From: the human T2T-CHM13v2.0 reference genome, Homo sapiens
Assembly (NCBI RefSeq): GCF_009914755.1
Contig: NC_060927.1
Length of the DNA stretch: 64,000 nucleotides
Strand: one strand, 5' to 3'
Each line of letters begins with the position of its first letter. The first letter of the stretch is position 1. A program made the translations under genes and the position numbers. This document shows positions 39,366 to 54,414 of the stretch, piece by piece. Below the pieces are notes generated by a model. That model was not told the DNA's origin, made no database searches, and saw only the letters and a list, made by a program, of their open reading frames with translations.

Positions 39366-40849
39366 TGATGGCAGTGGTGGCCTGTATGGAGCGGCCACTG
39401 CGAAGATGCCAGCTGCAGCAGGTAAGGTAGGGCCAGGGGGGCCAGGAACAGGCAGAAGCCCTGCCCCTTTCCAAGTTGGCAGGGCAGGAGCCCCACCATC
39501 CAGGCACAGCTGCAGCTGCCCAGTCATGGCTGTGGACCTGGGCGTCCCTATGTTCTTAGGGGCCCGGGAATTCCCCCTGCCTCTGCAGGCTCAGGAATGT
39601 CTGCTTCTGCTGCCTGGCCTCTCCCTGTTCCTGGCACCCATTCTGATTTTAAAGCAAATTGAAGCCAAGTCCAGGTGCTCTTGTGATCTGCTCAGGTATG
39701 CACACGCTCAGGGCGGCTCTGACAGACTAGCACCCTGCTGCCTCAGCCCCCTCTGGACTTTGAGTGCCGATGTGCATGAGAGGGAGGCTGATAGAGAGGT
39801 GAGGGTGGCTCACCATGAACAGACTGTGAGCAGTGGATGACATGTAGATGAAGGCAGGAGGCAGACAGGCTCCTGGTCAGAAGGGGTGGGTCACTGTCCC
39901 ACCTTCATGCCAGCCACAGCTTGAAGCCTGCGGGCCGGGCTGTCAGTTCTAGGTGGAGTCCACAGCCCACAGTGAGAACTTAAGGCGCTGTTTCCAGGCT
40001 CACCCATGGCCCCTATGGACCAATCAGCATGCACTTCCTCCTTTCTGAAGTTCATAAAAACCCTGGACTCAGCCAGACTCACAGAGATACCTGGACAAAC
40101 TACTTCCAGCTATGAGGTACCCACTCCAGGTCTTCTCTCTGCTGAGGGCTGCACACTCATCTGGACGACTTGCCTGCAGATGGGAGCTACCCACTCCATG
40201 TCTCTTGAGAGCTGTACTGTTAATAAAGTATCTCTTCACTTGCTCACCCTCCGTTTGTCCATGTACCTCATTCTTCCCGGACTCAGTACAAGAACTCCGG
40301 ACCCACCACATGGCAGGACTGAAAGAACTGTAACACGAACAAGGCTGAACATGCCCCGCTGTTCGCCACATTGCAAGCAACAAGTAGGAGAGATAAGCTG
40401 CGGCCCTTCAGGAAGCCCAGACCTAAGGGATCCCTGAATCAGGGCTGTGGCACCCTCTTTGGGGCTCTGCGGTTCCTGGCGCTTCCAAGCTTCCAGGTGC
40501 CATTGCGTTCCCTGGGCGCACAGTAGAAGCTGCTTGCAGTATGTCTGGTCCAGCCACAGCCTCCTACGGAGCTGGCACATGTGCCGGCACCTGGAGCTGT
40601 TCACCTGGCTACAGCAGCTGATAGGCCTGGCTATGTGTAATGGCTGGATCCCGTGCTTGCTCACTTATGCACCCCTCACTGATCTGCGTCAGCAGGTGTG
40701 GGATTCTGGCTGGTAGCACAAGCCAAGTGCAGCTTGCCAGGCTGAGTGGGTGGATTGAGCCCAGTAGGCCTGAGCAAACTCGGGCAAAGGCGTCATCAAG
40801 CCACAGACGCTTCCAGCTGGAAAAGCAACACCCCAGGGATCCCATGACA
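39366..40849 (+). mobile_element. MER52A-like ERV1 solo LTR (copy 2)
   Basis: TGATGGCAG...ATGACA termini; AATAAA at ~40222; homologous to copy 1. Confidence 0.9.
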
Positions 40850-41132
40850 ACAATGGCATAATATTCTGAGAAATGCCTTTTTTTTTTCAGATTTGCATTA
40901 CATACAGCTTGTAACACAAGCTCATTTAAGATTTCTTGTGTCCTTTTAAATCCTTCTAATAGGTTTCTAGGCAAATTAATGTTTCTATTATAGTCACATT
41001 TTCAGAATACTATAAAAACATATTTAAAAATAAATGTACCAAATATTATTTGACCAATTAAAATGAAATAAATTTAAATGTTGATTTATTCACCTTTTTG
41101 TCTTTATGGTTTTAATCTATTGTTTTAAGTAT

Positions 41133-41320
41133 CACACACACACACGAAAACATATACATACATATATATCATGTGTATATCTATATAGCTATAACTACAG
41201 ATAGCTATATTTGTATCTATGTAAATATGTATAGAGATGATATATGTACAACATAAATATATTCTCTATAAATATATATATAGTGATTGCATACCTTTTT
41301 ATACACATACACACACATGA
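41133..41320. repeat. (CA)n/(TA)n low-complexity tract
   Basis: Direct inspection. Confidence 0.7.
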
Positions 41321-41470
41321 TGTTACTCTTTAATGTTATAAAATGTATGTTCTCTCTCTGAGTCAAAAGATCAAAAATGTATAAACAATAGCAGATCAAT
41401 TCCATTTTTCTCCTAGTTGCTGAAGAATGAAGTAGGTGAATTATAATTAGTTTGACACTCTTTATTTTTC

Positions 41471-41501
<31 letters not shown>

Positions 41502-41872
41502 TACAAAGACAACCTTAATAGAAAGATTGGAAGCTTACCAGATGATTTCCAAAAGTAGAAGCAGTAACAAAACTGTGATTTTTTTTGTTTTGGTAGAATA
41601 AAGAGCATTTTTTTGGAATCATGGAACTGTTACATATTCACTGGATGGCAGAGTATTAACAAACTCTGGACTTTAGATACTTTATTTATGAAATCAAAAC
41701 AGCAATAGCATTCAATATAAATAAGCTTCAACACGCTTTAATAATACATTTTAGAAGGAAAGATTAGATAACACAGACCATCCGTATGGGGGATATTTAG
41801 AAATGATGTGTGAAATATTAGAAATGCCTGCTTGAAAGAAGTGGCAGACTAACTAGGCAATAAATAAGTATA

Positions 41873-42230
41873 CGTATTAGTCTGTTTTTATGCTGCTGAT
41901 AAAGACATACCCAAGACTGGCAATTAAAAAAAAAAAAGAGGTTTAATTGGACTTACACTTTCACATCATCAGGGAAGCCTCACAATCACGGCAGAAGGTG
42001 AGGAGGAGCAAGTCATGTCTTACATAATTGGCATCAGGCAAAGAGAGACAGCTTGTACAGGAAAACTCTCATTTTTAAAACCATCAGAGACTTATTCACT
42101 ATCATGAGAATAGCACGGGAAAGACTCACCTCCATAAAATTATCTCCCACCCGGTTCTTCCCACAACAAGTAGGAATTATGGGAGCTACAAGACGAGATT
42201 TGGGTGGGTACACAGAGCCAAACCATATCA
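41873..42230 (-). mobile_element. THE1 solo LTR
   Basis: 'gtattagtctg..tgctgctgataaagacataccc..gccaaaccatatca'; TSD GTATA / CTATA. Confidence 0.93.
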
Positions 42231-42537
42231 CTATAGGTCCACAAAAATCCAAGGTTATTAATTGAGATTGGGGCCTTTTGCCTTTTGAGAACTGCTGATC
42301 TTAAAGACATGGATTAGAGATTGTGCAATGCTTTTGACAACCTTGAGAGTCTAGAGTGGCGCAAATTAAAATTCAGGAAATGGCATAGTGAACTCTCATC
42401 CCTTTGCAATGGAAGTCTAAGAATCTACATCTGAGCAATAAGGGGGAATTGAAAAAAAGAAAAAGAAACTCAGATGGACTAGAGTCCATTTAAGTCATTG
42501 CAATGTTGCAGATAATTTTTTTTTATAGTTATCACTC

Positions 42538-43062
42538 TTTTTTTATTATACTTTAAGTTCTGGGATTCGTATGCAGAACATGCAGTTTTGTTACATAGGC
42601 ATACATGTGCCATGGTGGTTTGCTGCACCCATCAACACGTCATCTACATTAGTTATTTCTCCTAATGCTGTCCTTCCCCTAGCCCCCAAACCCCTGACAG
42701 GCCCCAGTGTTTGATGTTCACTTCCCTGTGTCCATGTGTTCTCATTGTTCAACTCCCACTTATGAGTGAGAACATGTAATGTTTGGTTTTCTGTTCCTGT
42801 GTTAGTTTGCTGAGAATGATGGTTTCCAGCTTCATCCATGTCCCTGAAAAGGACATGAACTCATCCTTTTTTTATGGTTGGATAGTATTTCATGGCGTAT
42901 ATGTGCCACATTTTCTTTATTCAGTCTACCTTTGATGGACATTTGGGTTGGTGCTAAGTCTTTGCTATTGTGAAGAGTGCTGCAATAAACATGCGTGTGC
43001 ATATGTCTCTATAGTAGAATGATTTATAATCCTTTGGGTATATACCCAGTAACGGGATTGCT
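42538..43062 (-). mobile_element. L1PA7/8-like 3' end
   Basis: 'ttattatactttaagttctggga..gtgccatggtggtttgctgcacccatcaac'. Confidence 0.93.
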
Positions 43063-43072
43063 AAAACTTACA

Positions 43073-43280
43073 TTTTTTTTTTTTTTTTGAGATGGAGTCT
43101 TGCTCTGTCATCCAGGCTGAAGTGCAGTGGCGTGATCTCACTGCAATCTCCGCCTCCCAGGTTCAAGCAATTCTCTTGCCTCAGCCTCCGGAGTACCTGG
43201 GATCACAGGCTCCCACCACCAAGCCCAGCTAATTTTTTGTATTTTTAGTAGAGACAGGATTTCCCCATGTTGGCCAGCCT
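43073..43280 (-). mobile_element. AluS, 5'-truncated
   Basis: Poly(T), right arm and part of left arm. Confidence 0.93.
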
Positions 43281-45962
43281 AACCCAGATAACTTCAACCC
43301 CTGACAGAGAGATTGTCCTGTTACTGACTTTTAGCATTTGTCAGAGCAAATGGTAATCTTCCCTAAAGCAAGATAACATCATATCAGAACTCGAATTATT
43401 TCTACAATTTCATTAAGTACAGTATCTGTCTCACAATCAATGGGTTCAGATACTAGAATTATCAGACAACTAGCTTCTAAGTAACTATGCTTTTTTAATT
43501 CAAGAGGTAAAGACAATATTAAATACTTCAATCAAGGATTGAAAACCATAAAAATGTAACAGTAGTTTTGCAAAAGCACTAAATAGAAATTCTAGATCTT
43601 AATATACATTAATTACAATCAAGACATCTATGGGTGTGGAATACAGATATAAATTCAAGTAAAATGAGCAAAGGACAATTAAAAATTATTTATACATTTT
43701 GACATAAAGATAGAGTTCTCAATTACTAATGGGAAATAAAAAAGCACAGTTGAATTTTAAAACTGACTGTTAATTGAAATATAATATATAAACACTTGTG
43801 ATGAAGGTAAAACAGAGCATGGAATGGTATTTGTAGCCTTACATGTATTAGAAAAATTTCAAAATATGAAATCATTAGCTATTTATATATATACACACAT
43901 ACATGAAAAATAGTAATAATAATGATAGCTTTCTGACTGGCAAAATCTGCAGATACCACCAGAACTTTTTTTTATAGGGGAAGAACATCACTCATAGCTG
44001 GGATATGATGAGGACACTAGCAAAGAAAGTCAAGAAGTAGAACCACACAACCAGGCGTGAATATCTCATCACTACTGTGTGTGCCCTCAAGATATTCCTA
44101 TGTTGTCCCTGTTTCCTCCAAGAGATGGGCCAGTAAGACAGAGGAGAGTAAGAAAGAGTCCTTCAAATGGAGTGAAAACCCAGAAAGGGAGCTTTTAATT
44201 ATGACCTAATGTTAATTCTTGAATTTTCTTACAGAGCTTGTCCAAATTGTACTGATAATTAAACCAGAAAAAAAAACAAATAATTAAATTAAAATTAATT
44301 GTCTCTCTATCATTGCCCAAAGAAATGAGTACACCTAAAATATTTATTTATGTCATAAAACTATTGATATTTGTGTACGTCTAAGCTATAGTTATCAGAT
44401 TTGTACCATTAACAGAATATTCATATAATATACTGAGATTAAAAATGTGAAAATGTTGTTTCTGCTTTGGACAATTTATGACCCATCTCCGTCACTCTGG
44501 CTTTATCAAACTAATAACCTGTCAATCTAAATTCTTCATGACAATGAGCACTTTTCTCCCTTCCAATTAGGTAAGTGAGTCTTTAGCTAAGATCTTAGAT
44601 GTAGGAAATGAATCAAGATCAATACATAACTATGTGCTGCTGTGAGAGAGTATAGATTTTTAGTATAATATGAAGAGTTTTGGAGAAAGATTCATATATT
44701 TGAATAGATGATGAGAAAAATGTAGAAAACATGACAGAGAATAGTTTAAAGTATGAGAATGTAGAGAAAAAGAGAAAGAAAATAAATGTCTCATGATTAG
44801 TGAGGACCTCAAAGCATACAGGAGCCACATCTTATAACTTTTATAATAGAAGCACAGCCATGCTTTGCTGTAGACAGTTTTTAAAAAGGAATGATAACTT
44901 TAAGCTGTCAGGAAAATTCCGTAAAACAATGTTTTTTATTACAATACAATAGTCACCTACCTTGGAAAAGTTTTTAAAACTCAGGCTTCTTGTATCCTTA
45001 ATAGGCCATTGGAGGGCAAAACATTATAACTCTCTTGAGCAGCAAGTATGATATTATGATTTTACTCTGCTAAAAATAGAAAATCTTTACACGTCTATTG
45101 GCAATGGTTTTCCGCAAATGTCAGCATTATGCTTTGTTTTTTAACTTTATCAATAATATCAATAATACTCTACTTGATTTCAGTCACTCTGAGGAATCCA
45201 AATATACACTGTATTCTCCAGGGCCTCTGGCCCTGAAGAGAAGACAGCAGCTCTAAATAAGGAATAAGCATAAAGGTTAAAGAGACTTTAGGAGAACTTG
45301 TAGTAGAAATGAGATTTTCAAAAATTGTATGTGTTAAATTTGACCAAAATAACCTTAGTATCCTTTAAATATATACATAAAGCTCCCAAATCATGTTTGT
45401 ATCATAGTGACATACATGCATCTGTGATTGATGGCTGGTAAGAATATTAAGCATATTCTGGCATATCCTATAGATAAGATCTCTGAGCTACTTTATACAA
45501 CCACATCCACCTCCTTTCACCATCAATACTAAAAATTGTTCACTGTTGTAGATGAAAATCGAATATCGTTTTTAAATTTTTAGCGGTTAATAGATATTCC
45601 ATGATAAAAGGGATTATAGTCAACAAGTTTGAGAAGTGTTAGTTTAAAAATTAAACAAGTTTATATATTTCAGCACTTTTCATGAAATATACTATTTTAA
45701 TGAGGATCAGAGAATTTATGGGCAGAAATAGACTAAAATCTGACTATGGGGTTTTATAGGATATACTATGGTTTTGTCACTATTCTAGGAGAAATAGAAA
45801 GGCTTTGACAGATTAGAAATGAATTTGTAAATAACTTGGGGATGAAAGGATGACTCTGGAATTAGTGTAGGAAATGGATGTAGATGTGGAAGGAAGAAAG
45901 GAAGGAGACTCTAAGAAGGTATACCAGTTGTTGAGGTGCAATGAAATATATTTGGCCTAGAG

Positions 45963-46200
45963 CAGGGATGTCCAATCATTTGGCTTTCCTAGGCCACTTT
46001 GGAAGAAGAATTGTCTTGGGCCACACATAAAATACACTAACACTAATGGTAGCTAAATGATGGGCTAAAAAAAATTGCAAAAAAAAATCGCAAAAAAAAA
46101 TCTCATAATGTTTTAAGAAAGTTTACAAATTTGTGTTGGGCCACATTCAAAGCCATCCTGGGCCACATGCTGCCCATGGGCCGTGGGTTGGACAAGCTTG
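45963..46200. mobile_element. MER30 (hAT-Charlie), inserted in an L2 fragment
   Basis: CAGGGATGTCCAA...TTGGACAAGCTTG termini; 8-bp TSD GCCTAGAG / GCCTACAG. Confidence 0.93.
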
Positions 46201-47871
46201 GCCTACAGTAATGGCTATGGAAATGTAGAGAGAGACATATATAAGTTCCAGTGTTCCAGGCAGTTTTTTTTTTTAACTGATATAGGTATCCAACAAAAAA
46301 TTATTTGGTACCTACTATGGAAATAGAGCTTTTCTAGTCAGAGAAGATGTATCATTGAACAAACAAGACATTCCTAGGTATGAAATTTGCTATCTCCAGA
46401 ATCTGAGGAGGCCCACCAGGAATTGTGCTTCCTTCTTTGTGGCAGGCAGTGTAAGGTATAATAATTTGTCTTTCTTTTACTTTGAACATTATTTCTTTGC
46501 ATGTCCCTGAACACCAGATCTTTAAAAATTTTATGAATACAACAGATTCCCGTTTTTCATATGATTAATCTCCCAGTCTCTAGAGTATGTGTCCTACCAA
46601 GGGCTCCAGTCTGTCCAAGTCTTGCTCATCCTACCCAATCAATAAAATGCCATCGATGTAAAATCAATTTGATGTTCTCCAAGATATTCAGACAGCCCAA
46701 ATCACTTTGTTCTATATTATAACAAAGTGTAGGAGATTAGCATAGCTTTAGAGAAAATGTGGAAATGCATATTGTTGTCTGCTCCACATGAATCTTCAGT
46801 TATCTACTTCGTACTCTTCTGATAATGATGGAAAAGGGTTCAGTGGGAAAATTGTTGGCTGCATACTATGTGTTTGAAGATTTTTAAAAATTCGTTATGG
46901 CAAAAGTACAATGGCTGGAATCAGGTCTACAATTGGTTGAGTTTGTAATAGTCTATAATCATCCTCCAGGGTACATCTCATTTCTGTAAGGGTCACAATA
47001 GTCAATCAAAGGGACATATGACAGATACTACTACTCGTAAATCCTTTGGATTCTTAAGGGTGGAACTAATTTCTACCAATGTCTATTGACCAGGATGTAA
47101 TATTGGTTTTGATTTACTATCATGGGTTAATGTGAGTAATTACAAAAGCTTCTACTTGACTTTACCCATTATAATAGCCTTTGCCCTACAGACTAAGAAT
47201 CCAATTTTGGACTTGTGCCAATTGCCAATTATGTCAGTCCCTGTTATGTATCTATCCCCACAGCCTCATATACCCCTACCCTAAATGTGCTATGATAATG
47301 CTCTAGGACTCTGGCTAATAATGTCTTCTCAGATCCAGTGTCCATCAATTCTCATAATGTCTGGGTATTCACAGACTGGGTATCCCAGTGCTCAGTAGTC
47401 TGTAAATGGCCACATGTCCCTTTTAGGGAATTGGTGGGAGAGCCATTAGCTTGTACACTTGACACATTTTCGTAGCATGAGTCCTTCTAAGTACCCAGCC
47501 AGCTCCTCGGTTGATGGATTACAGGGTGGTCAAATGGCTATGTTGTGGAAACCACACACAAAAGGCAAAACTTTTAATTGGGAGAACAGCCCTCATCCAC
47601 CAAGTCACTCATCCTTGACTTTTTCCTGCTCACTGCTACCCTTATCATCTGACCTCAAAGAACACTGTATTTATCAAGCATCTCTGTAGCTCTCTCTGGG
47701 TCAGAACTTTCTGGTTGGCATTTTGACTTTGGAGGTTGTTGAAATAATTGTGATCTCCTCCCTCTGCTCCAACTTCTGAAAGTTAAATGCATCCACTTGT
47801 ACTGTGTTTCAGGATTCTATCTTCACCATGCTATCTTTAAGCTAATTCTGTAACAGGGTCTAGTATTAACT

Positions 47872-47955
47872 TGGGTGACCAAATATCTGGGTTTTTCCAG
47901 AACTGAGGGGTTTCCTGGGATGTGGAGCTTATGTTGCTAAAACTAGGGTCACTGT
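47872..47955. mobile_element. MER81-like hAT-Blackjack MITE
   Basis: 'gggtgaccaa..gggtttttccagaactgaggggtttcctggga..gctaaaact..ggtcac'. Confidence 0.6.
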
Positions 47956-48169
47956 CCATCCAATATAGTCCAGTTCTCCTCTGGGCTACACAGAAGAACA
48001 ATTACTAAGCTGTTTAATTGATCCTTGTGCCTCTTTACCAGAACTTTTCTCTTTAACTGGGTAAATGATGTAGCCTCTGGGTATTCCTGTGGGTCATAAT
48101 TATGTAATATGTCTCTGGACATACATAATGCACACCTTCAATATGCCTGTTTTCCTGAAGTTTTTAATT

Positions 48170-48519
48170 TGTATTAGTTCATTTTCACACTGCTGATAAA
48201 TACATACCAGGCTGGGAAGAAAAAGAGGTTTAATTGGACTTACATTTCCACATGGGCTAGGGAGGCCTCAAAATCATGGCAGGAGGTGAAGGCACTTCTT
48301 ACGTGGTGGTGGCAAGAGAAAAAGAAAAAAGCAAAAGCAGAAATTGCTGATAAACTCATCAGATCTTGTGAGACTTATTCACTATATCAAGAATAGCATG
48401 GGAAAGACCGGCCCCCATGATTCAATTATGTCCCACTAGGTCCCTCACACAACATGTGGGAATTCTGCGAGATACAATTCAAGTCGAGATTTGGGTGGGG
48501 ACACAGCCAAACCATATCA
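48170..48519 (-). mobile_element. THE1 solo LTR nested in ERVL internal region
   Basis: TGTATTAG...CCATATCA; perfect TSD TAATT (48165-48169, 48520-48524). Confidence 0.95.
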
Positions 48520-49146
48520 TAATTCCATCCTTTGTTGTTTGTCATGGCAATTCTGGCATTTCAATTCACTCAGTGAAATTTACTATCACTTTTCCCATGC
48601 ATTTAGGAGCCACCTCAGTAATGAATTAACATCACTTCCTGGTAGCTTTGCCATGATGTTAAGTCTTGTCTCTTGGAAGAGTGCTCCAAATTAAAAAAAA
48701 AAGAAAAAGTCCTATCAATTTTATGGGTGCCATTCTCTTTCCTTTGCTCTCCTGCTAAAGGTGATGGTTTCCTTGCATGCAACCAAAGATGGCCCTGGCT
48801 TACACACCCATTTCAGTTGCCCATTACTCAGCCTCAGTTCCATATTGTCTTTTGGTAGGAAACCACATAACAATAGCCATCCAGTTTCTTATTCTTATAA
48901 CCACTATATCCTACATGTCAAATGCGTAACGTATCACGTGAGCTAGCGAACTCTATCCTGCAGGAATAGTCTCCCAATTAATCACTGCTGATAGTTTTAA
49001 CAATTGGATTGCCACACTGTGCCAGCAGCTGCCTGTGCTCCATCTATCACTAGTTCTAGTGCTTTCACTGCTAGTCAGGTGGTGAGGCGTCCAGCCCTGA
49101 ACTCTCATCTTATCACCTACTTTCTTGGGTCACTTCCAATATCAAC

Positions 49147-49538
49147 TATTGCAAGTTGAGTTCTCTGGAAGCAGATCCTGAGGTGGTATTTAAGGTGTAA
49201 AATGATTATTAGAGATTAATACCCATGGAAAGAAGAGAAAATCAATGGTATTGGAGAGAGGAAGATGTCAAGCTGCAACTGAAGTCCAGCAAAACCTTGA
49301 TTCATCTGATGGGGAGCCCATAAGATTGTCCTGCATCAAACCAAAATATCTGCACCATATACCACTCTTCTCTTACTCACTAGGTATGGGCAATAATAGA
49401 TGATGAGGTCTCTGCAGCTGAGGCATTCCCTCCCTGAAGGACCTCACAGCTGGAGGGTGTGTGCTTCCTTCTCCCCTCAACTGTGCAACAGTCTTGTCTT
49501 GAAAAGAAACCTGGAGGTGGATCTCCTTCTCTACCACA
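49147..49538 (-). mobile_element. LTR33-like ERVL LTR (5' LTR of the fossil provirus)
   Basis: 'gttctctggaagcagatcctgag..tctctgcagctgaggca..ctaccaca'; followed on the minus strand by PBS-like TGATATTGGAAGTGACC. Confidence 0.7.
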
Positions 49539-49676
49539 ACCTCATTTTCTGATGTCATGCTACAAGAGGCAAAGAAAGCACACACTTGTAAAGATTATTT
49601 TTTTTGCCCTGTTACTACTTGAACCTATATTCTGAGTAAAAATATTTATAAAATTTAAATGTATCTGATCATTTTA

Positions 49677-50524
<848 letters not shown>

Positions 50525-53500
50525 GGGTATGTTTAATTTTTTAAATGGCTACCCACTCTCTTAATACTATTAATATTGTGAAAAACAGACTTTATAGATA
50601 AATTTAATATTTTTAGGATTATATATAGTATTATATACTATGTTCACTTGCTTTTATTTATGGAAAGGGGCCAGTTTTAACAAATCACTTTGCCCTGAAA
50701 CTATCTTACATATAGTTAGCTAATTAAAGTCACAGGCACCTGAGATAGTCCTTCCAAATTTAAAGTCATACTTCCAGGATAAAGAAGAAAATAAATGAAC
50801 ATTTTTTGCAGTTATCTATCATAAAAGCATGAACAACTTTTAGTCCAGATGCTTTTAAGATGTACTTTAAAATCCCCTTGCCACTTAGCATATAGCAAAA
50901 ATAGATATATTATTTAATAAGAAAAAAGATAAGACCATACTCTAATATAAGATACAAATCCTAGCAGATCAGAAATAAAACAGAAACTCAAGGTAGGGCT
51001 AATGCCTGAGGCCAGCTGGACTGCAAGACCTGAGGCAGAAAAGAGTGGCCAGGAGGTCATTTTCTGTGGCATAATTGGGAATTAAGATGCCCCTCTTGAG
51101 ATCATGGTGACTAAAGTCAGTTTCACTGTATGAAACAGCAGGCTAGAGCATGGAACTTCGTGCATGTAAGACGGATGAAAATAGCTGAGGGCAATTATTG
51201 CTTGGGGCTGCAATTTCTTTCAAGATGTCTACTTAGGGTCTCAAGAGGAAGCAGGCAGAATCTCAAAGCCAGAAGTTTAACCAAGTTGCCTGCATGCTTA
51301 GTGAATCATCTGTAATATCCTCATTATAACAATGGGTAGAGGTGCTGAACATCTGTTTCTACTGGGGAGTTCCACAAGCTACTATGAAAGCAACAAGAAA
51401 ACCACTGGACAGAGATAGGTTAAGTGCAGAGTTTCCCTACAACCCCACCCCCTCCTACAGCCATTCCTTTACTTGCTTGAAACTCAGTTCTATTTCCCTT
51501 TGTCTCTTTTCACTTTTCTGAATCCCACATTTTGAAAAATGCTGACATCAAAAGTTCTAATTACCTAATAGAAGCAAATTATTATTTCTTAGAGAGATTC
51601 TCTGTCTTTTAAAATTTTTAATAATATGGTGCCATGTCTGCCACCATTTTCTTTTAAATACATGCCCTCCTTGCATGATACGAAATCAGTTGAAATCTGT
51701 GGTAGAGTATCAAACTATTCATTCGAGCTGAAATATAGTTTATTAAATTATAATTATTTAAAAAGTATGTTGATAAATAGACTGTTTTCATATTTAGCAG
51801 TGAGATGCATAACTGATTTAACGTGAGAGAAGAAAGAATTAAACGAGGTAGGATTTCAACATCACCTGAGGCAGAAGATGCAGTAAATTTGCTGTAGAGA
51901 TTAACATGGGTGGTTGAGCTGAGAGAGAAACTTCTCTTTGATATGAATGAATTCTCCAAATACTATCTTTCCAAGGGTCCAACCTGGAAGTCCTGAAATC
52001 ATCTTTCTCTGACTTTGCTGAAAAAGTTTAGCATGTGCCAAATACATATACACATATATAATATCTTTCTATGAAAGAAAACTACATGATTTCCTGATCC
52101 AAATACCACCATTTTCTAACTAGACCTAACTTATTCAGCCTTACTTTTTTTTTGTATTTTCAATAACTCTGAGTCATATTGATACTTCCTCTGAATTATT
52201 CTGTCGTGAAACAAATAACTAATGCCTAAGATTTAAAGAATTATGTTTAGTCAGTCAAATAAATGCTTCTATAATTTTGACACAAGAAAGGAAACCAATT
52301 TTACTTTTATCTGGCCACCAAAATGAACTTCAGCTTAAAAGCACAGATTATTTATTTTGCTTTTTCTCCATAGCATATGTAGTCACAACATAGTAAGAGA
52401 TAAGATATATTATTTTATATGCATAAACATATGGTTAAATTTGACCAAGAGGAGTGGGAATGAAAGCTAAACACATGTGCACGTGTGGATACACACACAT
52501 ATTCAGGCACACACAATAAATATTTAGCATTTAAGAAATTTTGGTAGATGAAATACTCCAGTTCTGTTGTTTTCAGAGGAAGAGATAGCTCCTAGAAAGC
52601 ACTTTAACAGTCACTGTGTTTAGATTTGATCAGAGATGAAATAGATTTTACTGTCACTTATTCAACAGAATTGCAAGGTGATCCATTGACAAGTTGGTAG
52701 AGAAAACTTGAGTTGCATCGAATGCTATAGTAGACTTTTTTTCTAAGCAGTTTCAACACTGGACACATTTTTAGAGTTTATAAAGTTTATTTTGTTCGCT
52801 ATCCTTTCTCCTTATCAATACCTCTCTCTCAGATTACTTCCCCTTTGCTTACCTAACTCTGAACTCTTTAATCACCTTCCCCAACTCATGAGAATTATAT
52901 CATATTCTATTGTTTTACAGCATAGTGCATAAACTGTTGGCTCTATTTCTTAGATGTTTTGCCTAGTGCAACCATTATCAATACTTAAATCTACATTTGC
53001 AGCTTTTCTCAGAAGCAATTTGAAACTGTAGCACTGTTAACTTTGTCTTTTGGCATGACAGTAATTGGTAAGGGCTGAATAGAAGCTACCCCTCTAGAAA
53101 GGTTAGATGGTCCCCAGTTCTCAGAAGCTCTTCCAGCCTCTTTTGTATTATGCTTGGATTTAGGTTGTTTCTCTCATTTACATTAACAGCATGGCCCTGT
53201 AGCTTTCAAGTTTGTGACCCCTATTATATAACTTTCTCTCTCAACTGTCAACTAAGCCCAATTAACATGTTTATTGATAAGACAATATCTCCCACTGGTA
53301 CATATTAATAAGAAATTCATGTTAGCCTTCAACACTTAAACTTTTCAAAATCTTTCTTTTAAAAAAGAAAGTGGTTAAGGGAGTATCTGTTTATGTAATG
53401 ATTATCTCTAGACAGAGTCTATTCTGAAAAACTCATAAACATGGAATGCCAATCCTAATGTCACCATTTAGCCATGTCTTCTTGTCACACCTTTTTGAAC

Positions 53501-54414
53501 TTTTATGTCCACACCTGTAAATATAAGAAAATCAGATCCACACACCTCTTTTCCCTACTTCACTACCTCTATTTCTACCATGATTTCTCTTTATCTCATA
53601 CTTTTTAAAGCTCAGATATGTTATTTCCTTCTGGAGGACATGTCCAGCCTCCTACTTATTTAGACAGAGCTCTTCCATAATTGCAAATGTTTTATGCATT
53701 CAGGTATTATAACCCCTATCACACTGAGTTATACTTTTTCTGTTTTCATATATAATGGGGATGAACTTCAGTCAATAAAATGTAAAAAGTATCTTGTTCA
53801 TTTTTTAAAATGTATTCTTTATACTGGATTATCTATTTTAAGGTTTAAATTTTCCACTCAAGGGAAAATCCAACTCTAGACCTGTTAAGAAGGAACTTCT
53901 TCCTCTCCAGAGTTAGAAGATTCTCATGAGATTAAACACATCCAATGACAAGCCCTTTTCTTAGTGAATAGTGGTCACTCCTGATATTCTCATTGAGAGA
54001 GGTTTTGCTGACTCTGTCAAGCTTGGGAAGTCATGACTTGGCTGAGGCTGGAAGCCTGACAACTGAAATTCGGTCTCTCTTACCAGCTCATTCAGCCTTT
54101 ATTACCTGATACCTTACATGGCTCACATCCCACCAATTACTGAAGCCACGAAGCCACTGCCTCTCTCTTGCCTCAAAAACATCACTCAGAACATTTTTTT
54201 TTTCTTCAAATTGGAACACTTCCACCACTTCTATACTTTGACATTTTTGTCTTCAAGGATTTCAAGAATTCCATCCACTCCAGGACTCCGGTAGGGATAA
54301 AATTTTAGGTCTCTCTCAATTTTTCCACCTGTTCCACAAATGTTTGTTAACAATCCTAGAAGGGAGGTAAAACAAAAACAAAAAAGCTTTTTAGCAATCT
54401 TCTTAGGAAAACAA

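Larger units (their letters stand above)
46372..49146 (-). mobile_element. ERVL-class internal region (gag-pro-pol fossil, 3'-truncated within RT)
   Basis: Minus-strand translations: protease LMDTGSE (DTGS at 47342-47331), RT WRMIIDYYKLNQ (46968-46933) and YIDG for YIDD (46660-46649); many stops and frameshifts. Confidence 0.85.

Noticed and set aside
35452-40849. A single provirus bounded by two LTRs
   Set aside because: No PBS, PPT or gag/pol between them, the LTRs are too divergent, and there is no shared TSD
39271-40974. Longest ORF (189 aa) and its neighbours
   Set aside because: Chimera of antisense L1 and MER52 LTR sequence; the frame is not preserved in the sister LTR
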